A stretch of DNA of 64,000 bases, taken from an uncultured Gemmatimonadaceae bacterium (GTDB lineage Bacteria; Gemmatimonadota; Gemmatimonadetes; Gemmatimonadales; Gemmatimonadaceae). Location: NCBI GenBank assembly GCA_963781585.1, contig CAWAGQ010000011.1, positions 380,480-444,479 of the forward strand, given 5' to 3'. Below the pieces are notes generated by a model. The model saw only the letters and a list, made by a program, of their open reading frames with translations. It made no database searches and was not told the origin of the DNA. The position numbers and the translations under genes were made by a program. Positions 28,155 through 37,008 of this stretch are shown here, in pieces; the stretch's first letter is position 1, and each line of letters opens with the position of its first letter.

Positions 28155-29999
28155 CTACTCCACCCCCACCACCGGCAGCACCACCCGCGACGGCCACCGC
28201 GCCGACCGGAAGATCCGCTGCGTCGCCGCCCGGTAGTCCCCCGCTTTCGCCTCGAAGATGTTGGGCACGAAGGTCTGCGGGTTGCGATCGATCACCGGAA
28301 ACCAGGTGCTCTGCACCTGTACCATGATCCGGTGCCCCTTCCCGAACCGGTAATTCTGCCCGTGCAGGCTGTACCGGTACTCCACCACCTCGTCAGGCAC
28401 GACGGCCGCCGGATGCTCGAAACTCTCCCGATAGCGCCCCCGGAAGACCTCGTTCGATACCATGAACTCGTACCCGCCCATCTTCGCGTTCCCGGACACG
28501 TCCTCGGGATAGACGTCAATGAGCTTCACGATCCAGTCGGCGTCGGTCCCGGTGGTTGACGCGAACAGGTCGGCAATCACGTCGCCCGCAATGGTCAAAC
28601 CGTCCGTGAGCACATCGGTCTCAAAGGTAAGCACGTCCGGCCGCCCGTCGACGAACCGCTGGTCCTCGGTGAGCCACGTGTACCACCCCGACCCGCGCGG
28701 GTCGTACGTGGGCTGGATGGGCCGCTGCCGGTACGGCACCGGATGCGCTGGATCGGACACGTAACCGTCGAACCGCTGCCCGGTGTCGCGCGGCGCATCG
28801 AACGACAACACGCCGTCCGCGTGGAAGTACAGCGGCCGCGCGGTCACGCCGTGCTTCGGCGGCCAGGCGTCGAACGTGCGCCACCGGTTGTCGCCCGCTT
28901 CGAACGTGGTCGCCTCCGCCTGATGCAGATCGCCGCGCCCCTTGAGGTAGTACGCGAAGAACGGCGCCTGGATACTGTCGCGGAAATACTTCGACGGCGC
29001 ACCACCGAAGTCGATGTTGCCCAGCATCCGCCCGTCCGCCGAATTCCACCCGCCGTGCCGCCACGGACCCACCACCAGGAAGTTCCGGTTGTCGCGATCG
29101 AACTGCTCGAGCCGCTGATAGATCGCCAACGGCCCGTAAAAATCCTCCTGGTCCCACCACCCGGCCACGTTGAGCGTGGGCACCGTCACCTGCGTGAGCG
29201 ACGGGATCAGCGTCTGCGCCTGCCAGAACGCGTCGTAATCCGGATGCGCCGCGAAATCGTTCCACGACGGAATCGCTCCGTGGAGATACTTCGCGTTCGC
29301 GTTGGAGAGCGGGCCGAGCCGGAGATACCAGTCGTAGGTGTCGTAGCTGTCGAACGCAAAGCGCTCGTCGCGCTTGCTGGTCTCCATCCGCGTGGCGTAC
29401 TCGAACCCGTAACTCAGACGGAAGGCGCCATTGTGATGGAAGTCGTCGCCCAGCCACATGTCGGCGGGCGACGCCTGGGGTGACGCCGCCCGGAGCGCCG
29501 GATGCGGATCGGTGAGCGCCATCGCCGTCGTCCAGCCGTCGTACGACACGCCCAGCATCCCCACCCGCCCGTTGTTCCGCGCAACGTTCTTCACGAGCCA
29601 GTCGATGGTGTCGTACGCGTCGGTCGCCTCGTCGATGGCGTTCGGATCACCGCGCTGTGCTGCGTTGCGCGCCGGCCGCTGCATCACGAACGTCCCCTCG
29701 GACTTGTAGCGGCCCCGCAGGTCCTGAAAGGCGAAGATGTATCCGTCCGCCGCCAGCTCCTCGAACGACGAGTTGAACCGCCCCGCGGCGTTGTCGATCC
29801 CGTACGGCGTCCGCAGGAGCAGGATCGGGAGCGGGCCGGACTGGTTTTGCGGCACATAGAAATCGGTGTTGAGCTTCACCCCGTCGCGCATCACGACCAT
29901 GGCGTTGGTGCGCACGTAGCGCGCGGCCTGTCCCGACGGCTGCTGCGCCCCGAGGAGCGAGCTGGCGAGCAGGGCGAGCGCGAGCGATGCGCTCCTCAC
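28155..29999 (-). CDS. CocE/NonD family serine hydrolase (glutaryl-7-ACA acylase/amino acid ester hydrolase-like), secreted
   Basis: RTPYG, QDLRGRYKSEG, GVSYDG nucleophile, GWWDQED, GPWRHG; signal peptide from GTG 29999. Confidence 0.9.
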   Translation of the reverse strand: MRSASLALALLASSLLGAQQPSGQAARYVRTNAMVVMRDGVKLNTDFYVPQNQSGPLPILLLRTPYGIDNAAGRFNSSFEELAADGYIFAFQDLRGRYKSEGTFVMQRPARNAAQRGDPNAIDEATDAYDTIDWLVKNVARNNGRVGMLGVSYDGWTTAMALTDPHPALRAASPQASPADMWLGDDFHHNGAFRLSYGFEYATRMETSKRDERFAFDSYDTYDWYLRLGPLSNANAKYLHGAIPSWNDFAAHPDYDAFWQAQTLIPSLTQVTVPTLNVAGWWDQEDFYGPLAIYQRLEQFDRDNRNFLVVGPWRHGGWNSADGRMLGNIDFGGAPSKYFRDSIQAPFFAYYLKGRGDLHQAEATTFEAGDNRWRTFDAWPPKHGVTARPLYFHADGVLSFDAPRDTGQRFDGYVSDPAHPVPYRQRPIQPTYDPRGSGWYTWLTEDQRFVDGRPDVLTFETDVLTDGLTIAGDVIADLFASTTGTDADWIVKLIDVYPEDVSGNAKMGGYEFMVSNEVFRGRYRESFEHPAAVVPDEVVEYRYSLHGQNYRFGKGHRIMVQVQSTWFPVIDRNPQTFVPNIFEAKAGDYRAATQRIFRSARWPSRVVLPVVGVE

Positions 30000-31282
30000 T
30001 TCGCCTCCCGCATCCACCGCACCAGCTCCCCCACCGTCACGCGCTTGCCGTACATCAACAGACCGGTGCGATACACGATCGCCGCCAGGTACACCGCGAG
30101 GTAGCAGGCCGCCACCAGTGCGAACACCGACAGTGCCATCTCCCACGGCGCCACGTCAACGGCGCTCATCCGGAGCGGCATCATGATCGGCGACGAGATC
30201 GGGAGAAGACTCAGCGTGATCGCCAGGTTCGCGTCGGGGGCGTTGAGTGCCGGCTGGAGGAACATCAGCGTCGTCACCAGCATCAGCACCACCGGCATCT
30301 GCGCCTGCTGCGCCTCGTGCTCGGAACTCACCATCGCGCCGACGGTGGCAAACAGCGCCGAGTAGAAGATGTAGCCAAGGAGGAAGAAGACGAGGAGCAC
30401 CGCAAGCATGCCGGGGGTGATGGACGGGAGTGGAATTGGCGCGGCCTCGACGCCGAAATGGTGAAGCGCGGCCACCCGCCACTTCGTCATCGCTGCCCCG
30501 GCCACGATCCAGATGACGAGCTGGGTGAGTCCCACGGCCCCCACCCCCAGCACCTTGCCTGCCAGCAGCGTGAGCGGCCGGATGCTCGACATCACCACCT
30601 CGGCCACGCGCGTCTGCTTCTCCTCGATCACCCCGCGGAGAACCGCCTGCCCGTACATGAGGATGGTCATGTAGAGCAGCAGCGCCACAACTATTGCGAA
30701 GACGATGCTCACGCTCCCCGATCCGCCGCGTCCCGCCGTCGTTATTCGCTCGGCGCGCAGCGTGAACCTGGTGTTCTTGAAGCGGTCGGCTGCTTCCGCG
30801 GAAAGCCCTGCCTGCCGTAGCTGGACCGCCAGCACCTCCCGTTCGACCACCGACTCCAGCTCGCGCACGTCGGCAATGGACGTGGCATTCACCCCCGCAT
30901 AGCGGGCGTTGGAGCCAGCCAGCACGCTCGCTGGCAGGACCAGGTATCCCCTCAGGCGGCGGCTCTGCACCTCGCGTGTCGCTGCCGCCTCGGCGTCGGG
31001 AAGCTCCGGCTCGGTCAACGCGACCACCTGGGTGCGCGACGTGTCACCGGCCACACCGCCGTTCAATTCGGCGGCAATGCTGCGTCCGAGGTCGGTCCGG
31101 GTCACGTCGAGTATCCGGATGCGCGACACGTCGGCAGACGCGCGCTCGCGCCTGGCCATGTAGGCAGGCAGGAACATCAACGCGCCCAGCAGCAGCGGTC
31201 CGAACACCGTGGCCACGACGAACCACCGCGTACGGACGCGTTCGAGATACTCGCGCTTGATGACTACGAAGAGTTTGCGCAT
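29996..31282 (-). CDS. ABC-2 transporter permease (NatB-like)
   Basis: KREYLERVR start, IEEKQTRVAEV, GKVLG; N-terminal TM plus C-terminal TM bundle. Confidence 0.85.
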   Translation of the reverse strand: MRKLFVVIKREYLERVRTRWFVVATVFGPLLLGALMFLPAYMARRERASADVSRIRILDVTRTDLGRSIAAELNGGVAGDTSRTQVVALTEPELPDAEAAATREVQSRRLRGYLVLPASVLAGSNARYAGVNATSIADVRELESVVEREVLAVQLRQAGLSAEAADRFKNTRFTLRAERITTAGRGGSGSVSIVFAIVVALLLYMTILMYGQAVLRGVIEEKQTRVAEVVMSSIRPLTLLAGKVLGVGAVGLTQLVIWIVAGAAMTKWRVAALHHFGVEAAPIPLPSITPGMLAVLLVFFLLGYIFYSALFATVGAMVSSEHEAQQAQMPVVLMLVTTLMFLQPALNAPDANLAITLSLLPISSPIMMPLRMSAVDVAPWEMALSVFALVAACYLAVYLAAIVYRTGLLMYGKRVTVGELVRWMREAK

Positions 31283-31290
31283 TCAGGAGC

Positions 31291-31399
31291 GGTCATAGCT
31301 CAGAGGCCAGAGGTCAGCAAAGCGAACGTTATAGGTCAAAGGTCATAGCTCACAGGAGTGGCCAGGGTCATTATGGCCCATGAGCCCTGGCCTATGCCC
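31291..31399. repeat. Degenerate heptamer tandem/palindromic repeat (GGYCAKA type)
   Basis: ggtcata gctcaga ggccaga ... ggtcaaa ggtcata gctcaca, then inverted tatggcc catgagc cctggcc tatgccc. Confidence 0.75.
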
Positions 31400-32511
31400 T
31401 ACGGACTCTGTCCCAGAAACACCATTCCCCTGCGCAGAAGCGTCTTCGCCAACCTTACCTTGTATCCATTCTTCGCCAGCGGCCGCGCATCGTACAGCGC
31501 ACGCTCGGCCAGCGTCTCGATATCGTCGTCGCCCAGCGCGCCCGAGGCGACGTCCTCCTCCACCGACGTATCCACCCTCCACGGCTTCGGCGCCACCCCG
31601 CCCAGCACCAGCCGCACCGCGCCGTCGCGCCGGCGCACCGCCGCCACCGAGGCGAGCGCAAAGTCCCAGGCTCCACGCTGCATCAGCTTGACGTACTGCT
31701 GACGGCCGCCTGACGAGTGGGCCGGGATTTCGACGTGGGTCACGAATTCGCCGGGCTGGAGCACGGTCTCGCTCTCGAGCCTCTCGTGGGGCAGCACGAA
31801 GAACTCGCCGATCGGGATGGCCCGCGTGCGCGCGGACCCGTTGGCACCGCCCGCCACGCGCACCACCGCATCGAGCGCGGTGAGCGCCACCGCCGGATCG
31901 GAGGGATGCACGATGTGGCACGGACCGCCGCCGAAGATCGCGTGATACTGGTTCTCGCCCTCGGCGGCCGGACAGGAGTCGCCGCCGCTCTTGAAGCAGG
32001 ACACACCCGACCGGAAGTACCAGCACCGCGGCCGCTGGCACAGATTCCCGCCCAGCGTCCCCATGTTGCGCAGCGCGAGACTGCCCACCGACTCGCACGC
32101 CATGGCGAGCGCGGGGAAATGCGCGCGCACCCTCACGTCATCCGCGATGTCGGCGATGCGCACCGCGGCGCCGATCCGGACCGAGACGCCGGGAGCGACC
32201 GATTCTCCTGTCGCCTCTCCGGGAGATGCCGCCGCCATTCGCGCCGCCACCCCCATTCCCGGCGACGCCGCCCCGTCTCCCAGCGACGCGCCCGCGCCCG
32301 CCGCCGCCGCCGATGCGCCGGCGGGCGTCCACGCCAGCTCGTTGGCTCCGGGGATGTTGCGGAGGTCCACCAGCAGCTCGGGCCGCGCGATCCCCTCGCG
32401 AATGCCGACGAACAGATCGGTGCCGCCGCCCAGTGGCACCGCGCCCGGGCGCTGCAGCAGATGAATCGCCAGCTCGATGCTCTCGCTACGTTCGTATTCG
32501 AATGAGGCCAT
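31399..32511 (-). CDS. Xanthine dehydrogenase family FAD-binding subunit (PaoB/YagS-like)
   Basis: GGGTDL, RNMGTLGGNLCQRPRCWYFR with extra Cys, HPSD, LGGVAPKPWR, KNGYK. Confidence 0.9.
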   Translation of the reverse strand: MASFEYERSESIELAIHLLQRPGAVPLGGGTDLFVGIREGIARPELLVDLRNIPGANELAWTPAGASAAAAGAGASLGDGAASPGMGVAARMAAASPGEATGESVAPGVSVRIGAAVRIADIADDVRVRAHFPALAMACESVGSLALRNMGTLGGNLCQRPRCWYFRSGVSCFKSGGDSCPAAEGENQYHAIFGGGPCHIVHPSDPAVALTALDAVVRVAGGANGSARTRAIPIGEFFVLPHERLESETVLQPGEFVTHVEIPAHSSGGRQQYVKLMQRGAWDFALASVAAVRRRDGAVRLVLGGVAPKPWRVDTSVEEDVASGALGDDDIETLAERALYDARPLAKNGYKVRLAKTLLRRGMVFLGQSP

Positions 32512-32598
32512 GGTCCCGGCTACCGCCGACAGGTTCCCGCCTCCAATCTACCACGCATCATCCGGCTTGCCCCGTCCCCGTCTCCATTCCCGTTTCCC

Positions 32599-33630
32599 GT
32601 GATGCTCCTGCGCCCGCGCCAATTCGTGGTCTCGTGCGCGCTCGTGCTGGCGGCGTGCGGCGGACAAACGCCGCCGGCTGCGGATTCGATCGCGGCCAGC
32701 GCGGACTCCATCGTCATTGATACAACCGCTGCCGATAGCGCCACCGGCGCGTCCGACAGTGCGACCGCCCGGGTGGTTCGGGCGCGACTGCCGGGACGTC
32801 GCGCCCTCTCACCCGTCGCCGATTCGATTGCCCAACGGCTGGTCTTCGTGCCGGCCACGCAGACGATCTTCCTGGTAGCCGGGCGCGCCAAGCACATGCT
32901 CGTGGACATCGGGCGGGTGGACGTGAGCGTCTCCCGGCCGGCTTCCCGGCTGGCGGCCTACAAGGAGGCGGTCGTGGCGGGCTCGCCGATTGCCGTCGGT
33001 ACGCGACTCCGACTGCGCGGACCCTGGGGTGCCGACGACGTGGAGGTGTCGGGCTTCGACGTGTGGAACGGACGGATCGTGGCCACCATCAAGGGCGCCC
33101 CACGAGTGGACTCGCTGGCGCGCAGGATCGATCCGCTGACGGCCGTGGCGGTACGTGCCGACAGCGCCTCACCGCCGGTCGATACGCCGTGCGTGCGGGA
33201 CAGCGTCGATACGCTCCTGGACCGCCGCATTGCCGTGCTGCGCGATTCCGTCCTCCAGTTGCTGCACCAGGGAGACCAGCCGATCTACCCGCGGCTGCTG
33301 GCATCGATCAAGGAGCACTCGTCGCGGGTGGTGGGATGTTTTCCGTCGGCACGCGCGCTGCTGGTGGTGTCGCTGGTGGCAGGCGACTACGAGTGGGTAC
33401 GGGAACGCGCGTTGCTGGTCGGGACGGACGGAAAGGTCCGGCAGCTCAGCGTGCGTGACCTGCGCTTCCGCGCCCACGACCTGCTGGGTGCGCTGGATGC
33501 CGACGGCGACAGTGTGGACGAGGTCGCCGCACTCGCGCACACCGAGCGGGCGGGCGGGACGGTGGTCCTGCGCATCGCTGACGACAAGCGGCTGGAGCGC
33601 GTGATCGCGGGGTTCAGCTGGGAGAGGTGA
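32599..33630 (+). CDS. Hypothetical lipoprotein
   Basis: Lipobox LAAC, low-complexity linker, C-terminal DADGDSVDE motif. Confidence 0.6.
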   Translation: MMLLRPRQFVVSCALVLAACGGQTPPAADSIAASADSIVIDTTAADSATGASDSATARVVRARLPGRRALSPVADSIAQRLVFVPATQTIFLVAGRAKHMLVDIGRVDVSVSRPASRLAAYKEAVVAGSPIAVGTRLRLRGPWGADDVEVSGFDVWNGRIVATIKGAPRVDSLARRIDPLTAVAVRADSASPPVDTPCVRDSVDTLLDRRIAVLRDSVLQLLHQGDQPIYPRLLASIKEHSSRVVGCFPSARALLVVSLVAGDYEWVRERALLVGTDGKVRQLSVRDLRFRAHDLLGALDADGDSVDEVAALAHTERAGGTVVLRIADDKRLERVIAGFSWER

Positions 33631-33824
33631 CAGGGGACTGCTGAACGCCGACAAGATGAGCTGGCAGAACGGAGCGATCGGCGATCGACGGTCAGCGCCC
33701 TCGTATGCGAGCTCATCGCTGCCTGCTGACCTCTGCTCGATTTACTTGACAGCCGCCAGCGGGCAGACCACTTGATATGCCGCGGACTCATTACCGACCA
33801 TACTGTCGTCAGAGGATGGTTTTC

Positions 33825-34217
33825 ATGCGCCTACCCGCTCTCGCTTCCATCATTCTCGCAACGTTCTTCGTCGGGGCCTGCGGCGATGACCTCGGCCCCA
33901 ACATCAGCGGCGTACCCGGCTACGCGATCGCGTCGGTGCACGTCGTGCCCGAAATCGACACGATCGTCATCGGTGATGTGATCGACGAGACCGATCAGCT
34001 CCAGTTGACGGCCGTGGCGCTTTCGCGGACGCTCACCGAGATCTCCGGCATGCAGTTCGTGTGGTCATCGTCGGACGAAACGGTGGCGACCGTGGACGGG
34101 AGCGGACTGGTCATGCCGGTCTCTCCCGGCTCCGCCTACATCACGGCGAGCGCGGCGAAGACCGGACGTGCCCTGGTAGTGGTGAAGTACGTCCCGGATG
34201 TCATCCCGGTCCCGTAA
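33825..34217 (+). CDS. Lipoprotein with bacterial Ig-like (Big_2) domain
   Basis: Lipobox VGAC; WSSSDETVATVDGSGLV signature. Confidence 0.75.
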   Translation: MRLPALASIILATFFVGACGDDLGPNISGVPGYAIASVHVVPEIDTIVIGDVIDETDQLQLTAVALSRTLTEISGMQFVWSSSDETVATVDGSGLVMPVSPGSAYITASAAKTGRALVVVKYVPDVIPVP

Positions 34218-34691
34218 CTACTCCAGCGCCGCGAACGAATCGACCGTGAATCCGTAGTTCAGATCGCCCACCGGCGGGATGGACTGTATCGACGCGCTGC
34301 GCGGAAACCCCAGCAACTCGTCGTACGTTGCCTCGACATGGGCCGCGCTGGCGCCGATGGCGGCGCCGATGGCCGAGAAGAGTTCCTCGACCGTGCCCAG
34401 GCCGGTACCGAAGTCGGTCGGAACCGGGTCGCCGGTATCCACGAACGTCCGCGATTCCACGGCGTTGTTCCGCACGTTGATGCGGATTGGCCGGTTGTCG
34501 TAGGCGCACGAGCACACCTCGCGGATGACGAACGTGTAGCTCGCGATCCCCTTCGTTGCCCAGAGGTGTTTCGCTCTGTTCAGCTCCGCCAGAAGGCTGT
34601 TGTCCGACCCGGTGGTTGAGCGGCACGCCGCCGCGATCGCCAGGAACGCGAGCGGCATAAGACCCCGGAACCGTGTTGCACGACGCGACAT
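34218..34691 (-). CDS. Lipoprotein, DUF6174-like
   Basis: Lipobox AAAC; WATKGIASY, CSC, TVEELF, YDELLGFP pattern. Confidence 0.65.
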   Translation of the reverse strand: MSRRATRFRGLMPLAFLAIAAACRSTTGSDNSLLAELNRAKHLWATKGIASYTFVIREVCSCAYDNRPIRINVRNNAVESRTFVDTGDPVPTDFGTGLGTVEELFSAIGAAIGASAAHVEATYDELLGFPRSASIQSIPPVGDLNYGFTVDSFAALE

Positions 34692-34730
34692 TGTTGCGAT
34701 CCGCAGTCAACTGAGTGTGCGATGCGACTG

Positions 34731-34826
34731 ATCCGTTCTATCCGTTCGATCCGTTGTGTCCGCGTGATCCGCTCTATCCGCCAGAATCCGCGTCCCGTGA
34801 TCCGTTCTATCCGCCAGATCGCAGTT
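34731..34826. repeat. Nonamer tandem array (ATCCGYTCT consensus, ~10 units)
   Basis: atccgttct atccgttcg atccgttgt gtccgcgtg atccgctct atccgccag ... atccgttct atccgccag. Confidence 0.85.
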
Positions 34827-34953
34827 ATTACACGCGCCGCGCATCCGTACCCTGAAGCCGGGGATGAGACGATATGCGCCTCGTCCACTGTTTGACCGTC
34901 GATCGCTGGCCGCTGGCATTGACAGACCGACGCGCGTCCTGCGATTCCTTCGC

Positions 34954-35538
34954 GTGCCCAACCACGCCTGCCGTCCGCGCCTCCTTCTCGCGCTCCTCGG
35001 CGCGTTCGTGTCGGCGGGCTGCTCGCATGCGCATCCCGCCACGGTACCGGCGCCGGTGGCGGGCGTACCGGATGATCGTGAGGCGAACATCCTTCGCGCC
35101 AGGCAGCTGATGGTGCCGGTGGCGGGGATCGCGCCCTCGGAGCTGCGCGACACCTATATGGCCGGGCGCGGATCCGACATCCACGCGGCGCTCGACATCA
35201 TGGCTCGGCGCAACACGCCGGTGGTGGCGGCCGACGACGGGACGATCCTTCAGCTCCGGCATAACGACGCCGGAGGCATCACGATCTACGAGCTCGATGC
35301 GGGCGAGCAGTTCGTGTACTACTATGCGCACCTCGAGCGCTATGCCGACAGCCTGCGGCAGGGGATGGGGGTGCGGCAGGGCGACGTGATCGGCTACGTG
35401 GGGACGACCGGGAACGCGCCCCCCGACCTTCCCCATCTCCACTTTCAACTCATGCGCTATGTCGGGCACGGGCAGTGGTGGGGAGGCGTGCCGCTCAACC
35501 CGTTGCCGTTTCTGGTTCGTCGAGGGGAGGCCCGTTGA
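34954..35538 (+). CDS. M23 family metallopeptidase (probable lipoprotein)
   Basis: HAALD, YAHL, GYVGTTGN, PHLHF; SAGC lipobox; start uncertain. Confidence 0.9.
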   Translation: MPNHACRPRLLLALLGAFVSAGCSHAHPATVPAPVAGVPDDREANILRARQLMVPVAGIAPSELRDTYMAGRGSDIHAALDIMARRNTPVVAADDGTILQLRHNDAGGITIYELDAGEQFVYYYAHLERYADSLRQGMGVRQGDVIGYVGTTGNAPPDLPHLHFQLMRYVGHGQWWGGVPLNPLPFLVRRGEAR

Positions 35539-35540
35539 CC

Positions 35541-35846
35541 ATGCGGGGACAGGACCGTGCAGCGCTGCGCGCCGAGGCGCATCGACTCAAGGCCACGGTG
35601 CAGGTGGGGCACCAGGGGCTCACCGACACGGTGCGTCGGGCGCTCGACGAGGCCCTGCGGGCCCGGGAGCTGGTGAAGATCCAGTTCGGACGAACGGCGC
35701 CGGAGGTGGCGAAGGACGTCGCGGGCGGGCTGGCCGAATCGTTAGGCGCGGAAGTGGTGCAGGTGATCGGGAAGACGGCCACGCTGTATCGCGAGAATCC
35801 CGACCGCGAACCGCGCAAGGGGGCGGAGCCGCCGTGGAGAACCTGA
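35541..35846 (+). CDS. yhbY: YhbY/CRS1 RNA-binding protein
   Basis: RAALRAEAHRLK, VGHQG, ELVKI, VQVIGKTATLYR. Confidence 0.85.
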   Translation: MRGQDRAALRAEAHRLKATVQVGHQGLTDTVRRALDEALRARELVKIQFGRTAPEVAKDVAGGLAESLGAEVVQVIGKTATLYRENPDREPRKGAEPPWRT

Positions 35847-35898
35847 CCCCGCGGCACCGCGGCCGTGCGACGCGTCAGGTGGGCCGCCAGAGCGCGGA

Positions 35899-36966
35899 TT
35901 GATCTTCACCGGCCTGCTGCTGCTCGTTCCCCTCTCGGTGGCGCTGGCGATCCTCCACGCGCCGCCGGTGGTCGTCTTCCTCGCCGCCGCGGCCGCGATC
36001 GTGCCCCTCGCGGAATGGATCCGCCGCGGAACCGAGCAGATGGCGGCGCACGCCGGGTCGGCCGTGGGCGGGCTCATGAACGTGACGCTCGGGAATGCCG
36101 CCGAGCTGATTCTCGCCCTGTTCGTGCTGTACGGCGGCCGCCCCGACATCGTCAAGGCCACGATCACCGGGTCGATCATCGGCAACAGCCTGTTCGGTCT
36201 GGGCATCGCCATCCTGCTCGGAAGCCACCGAAGGGGAAAGCAGACGTTCGGACGCGAACGCGCGGGACTGCTGTCGAGCCTTCTCGTGCTCTGCGTGATC
36301 GGACTGCTCACGCCGGCGCTGTTCGAGTACACAGAGCAGCACGGTGGGGCGGGGGCGGCGGCGGTGAACAGCGTCGTGGAGGAACGACTCAGCCTCGGCG
36401 TGTCGGTGGTGCTCATCGTCCTCTACGCGGGGAACCTCGTCTACACGCTGGTCACGCATCGCGACGTCTTCGCGCGCGACGAGGCGCGTGCACCGGCGTC
36501 CTGGTCTCTCGCCCGCTCCCTCGGGGTGCTGCTGGGCGCCACCGCGGCGGTGTCGGTGGAGGCGCACCTGGTCTCGGGCGCCCTCGAGAGCGCGGCCGCC
36601 GGCCTCGGTCTCTCGGCCTTCTTCCTTGGCGTCATCGTCCTGCCGATGGTAGGGAACTGCGCCGAGTACTTCGCGGCGGCGTCGTTCGCCCGGAAGGACC
36701 GGATGGACATGGTGATGAATCTCTCGGTGGGATCGAGCATCCAGGTGGCGCTGTTCACCGCGCCGCTGCTGGTGCTGCTCTCCTACGGGCTTGGTCATCC
36801 CATGAACCTCGTGTTCGCCAATCCACTCGAGCTGATCGCGGTCGCCGGCTCGGCGTTCGCCGTGAGCTCGATCGCCCGGGACGGCGAGACGACCTGGTTC
36901 GAGGGACTCCTGCTGCTGGGGGTCTACGCGGTGCTGGCGCTGGCGTTCTACTTCGTGACGGCGTAA
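35899..36966 (+). CDS. Ca2+/H+ antiporter (Cax/ChaA)
   Basis: GNAAE and GNCAE repeats, GSIIGNSL, GSSIQVAL, WFEG. Confidence 0.9.
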   Translation: MIFTGLLLLVPLSVALAILHAPPVVVFLAAAAAIVPLAEWIRRGTEQMAAHAGSAVGGLMNVTLGNAAELILALFVLYGGRPDIVKATITGSIIGNSLFGLGIAILLGSHRRGKQTFGRERAGLLSSLLVLCVIGLLTPALFEYTEQHGGAGAAAVNSVVEERLSLGVSVVLIVLYAGNLVYTLVTHRDVFARDEARAPASWSLARSLGVLLGATAAVSVEAHLVSGALESAAAGLGLSAFFLGVIVLPMVGNCAEYFAAASFARKDRMDMVMNLSVGSSIQVALFTAPLLVLLSYGLGHPMNLVFANPLELIAVAGSAFAVSSIARDGETTWFEGLLLLGVYAVLALAFYFVTA

Positions 36967-37008
36967 GGCGGCGCCGTCGCCTGGTGGGGCGCGGCGGCGC
37001 ACGCCCGG

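Noticed and set aside
34580..34888. ORF with RIERIT repeats
   Set aside because: It is the translation of the nonamer DNA array and overlaps a real gene; no coding evidence
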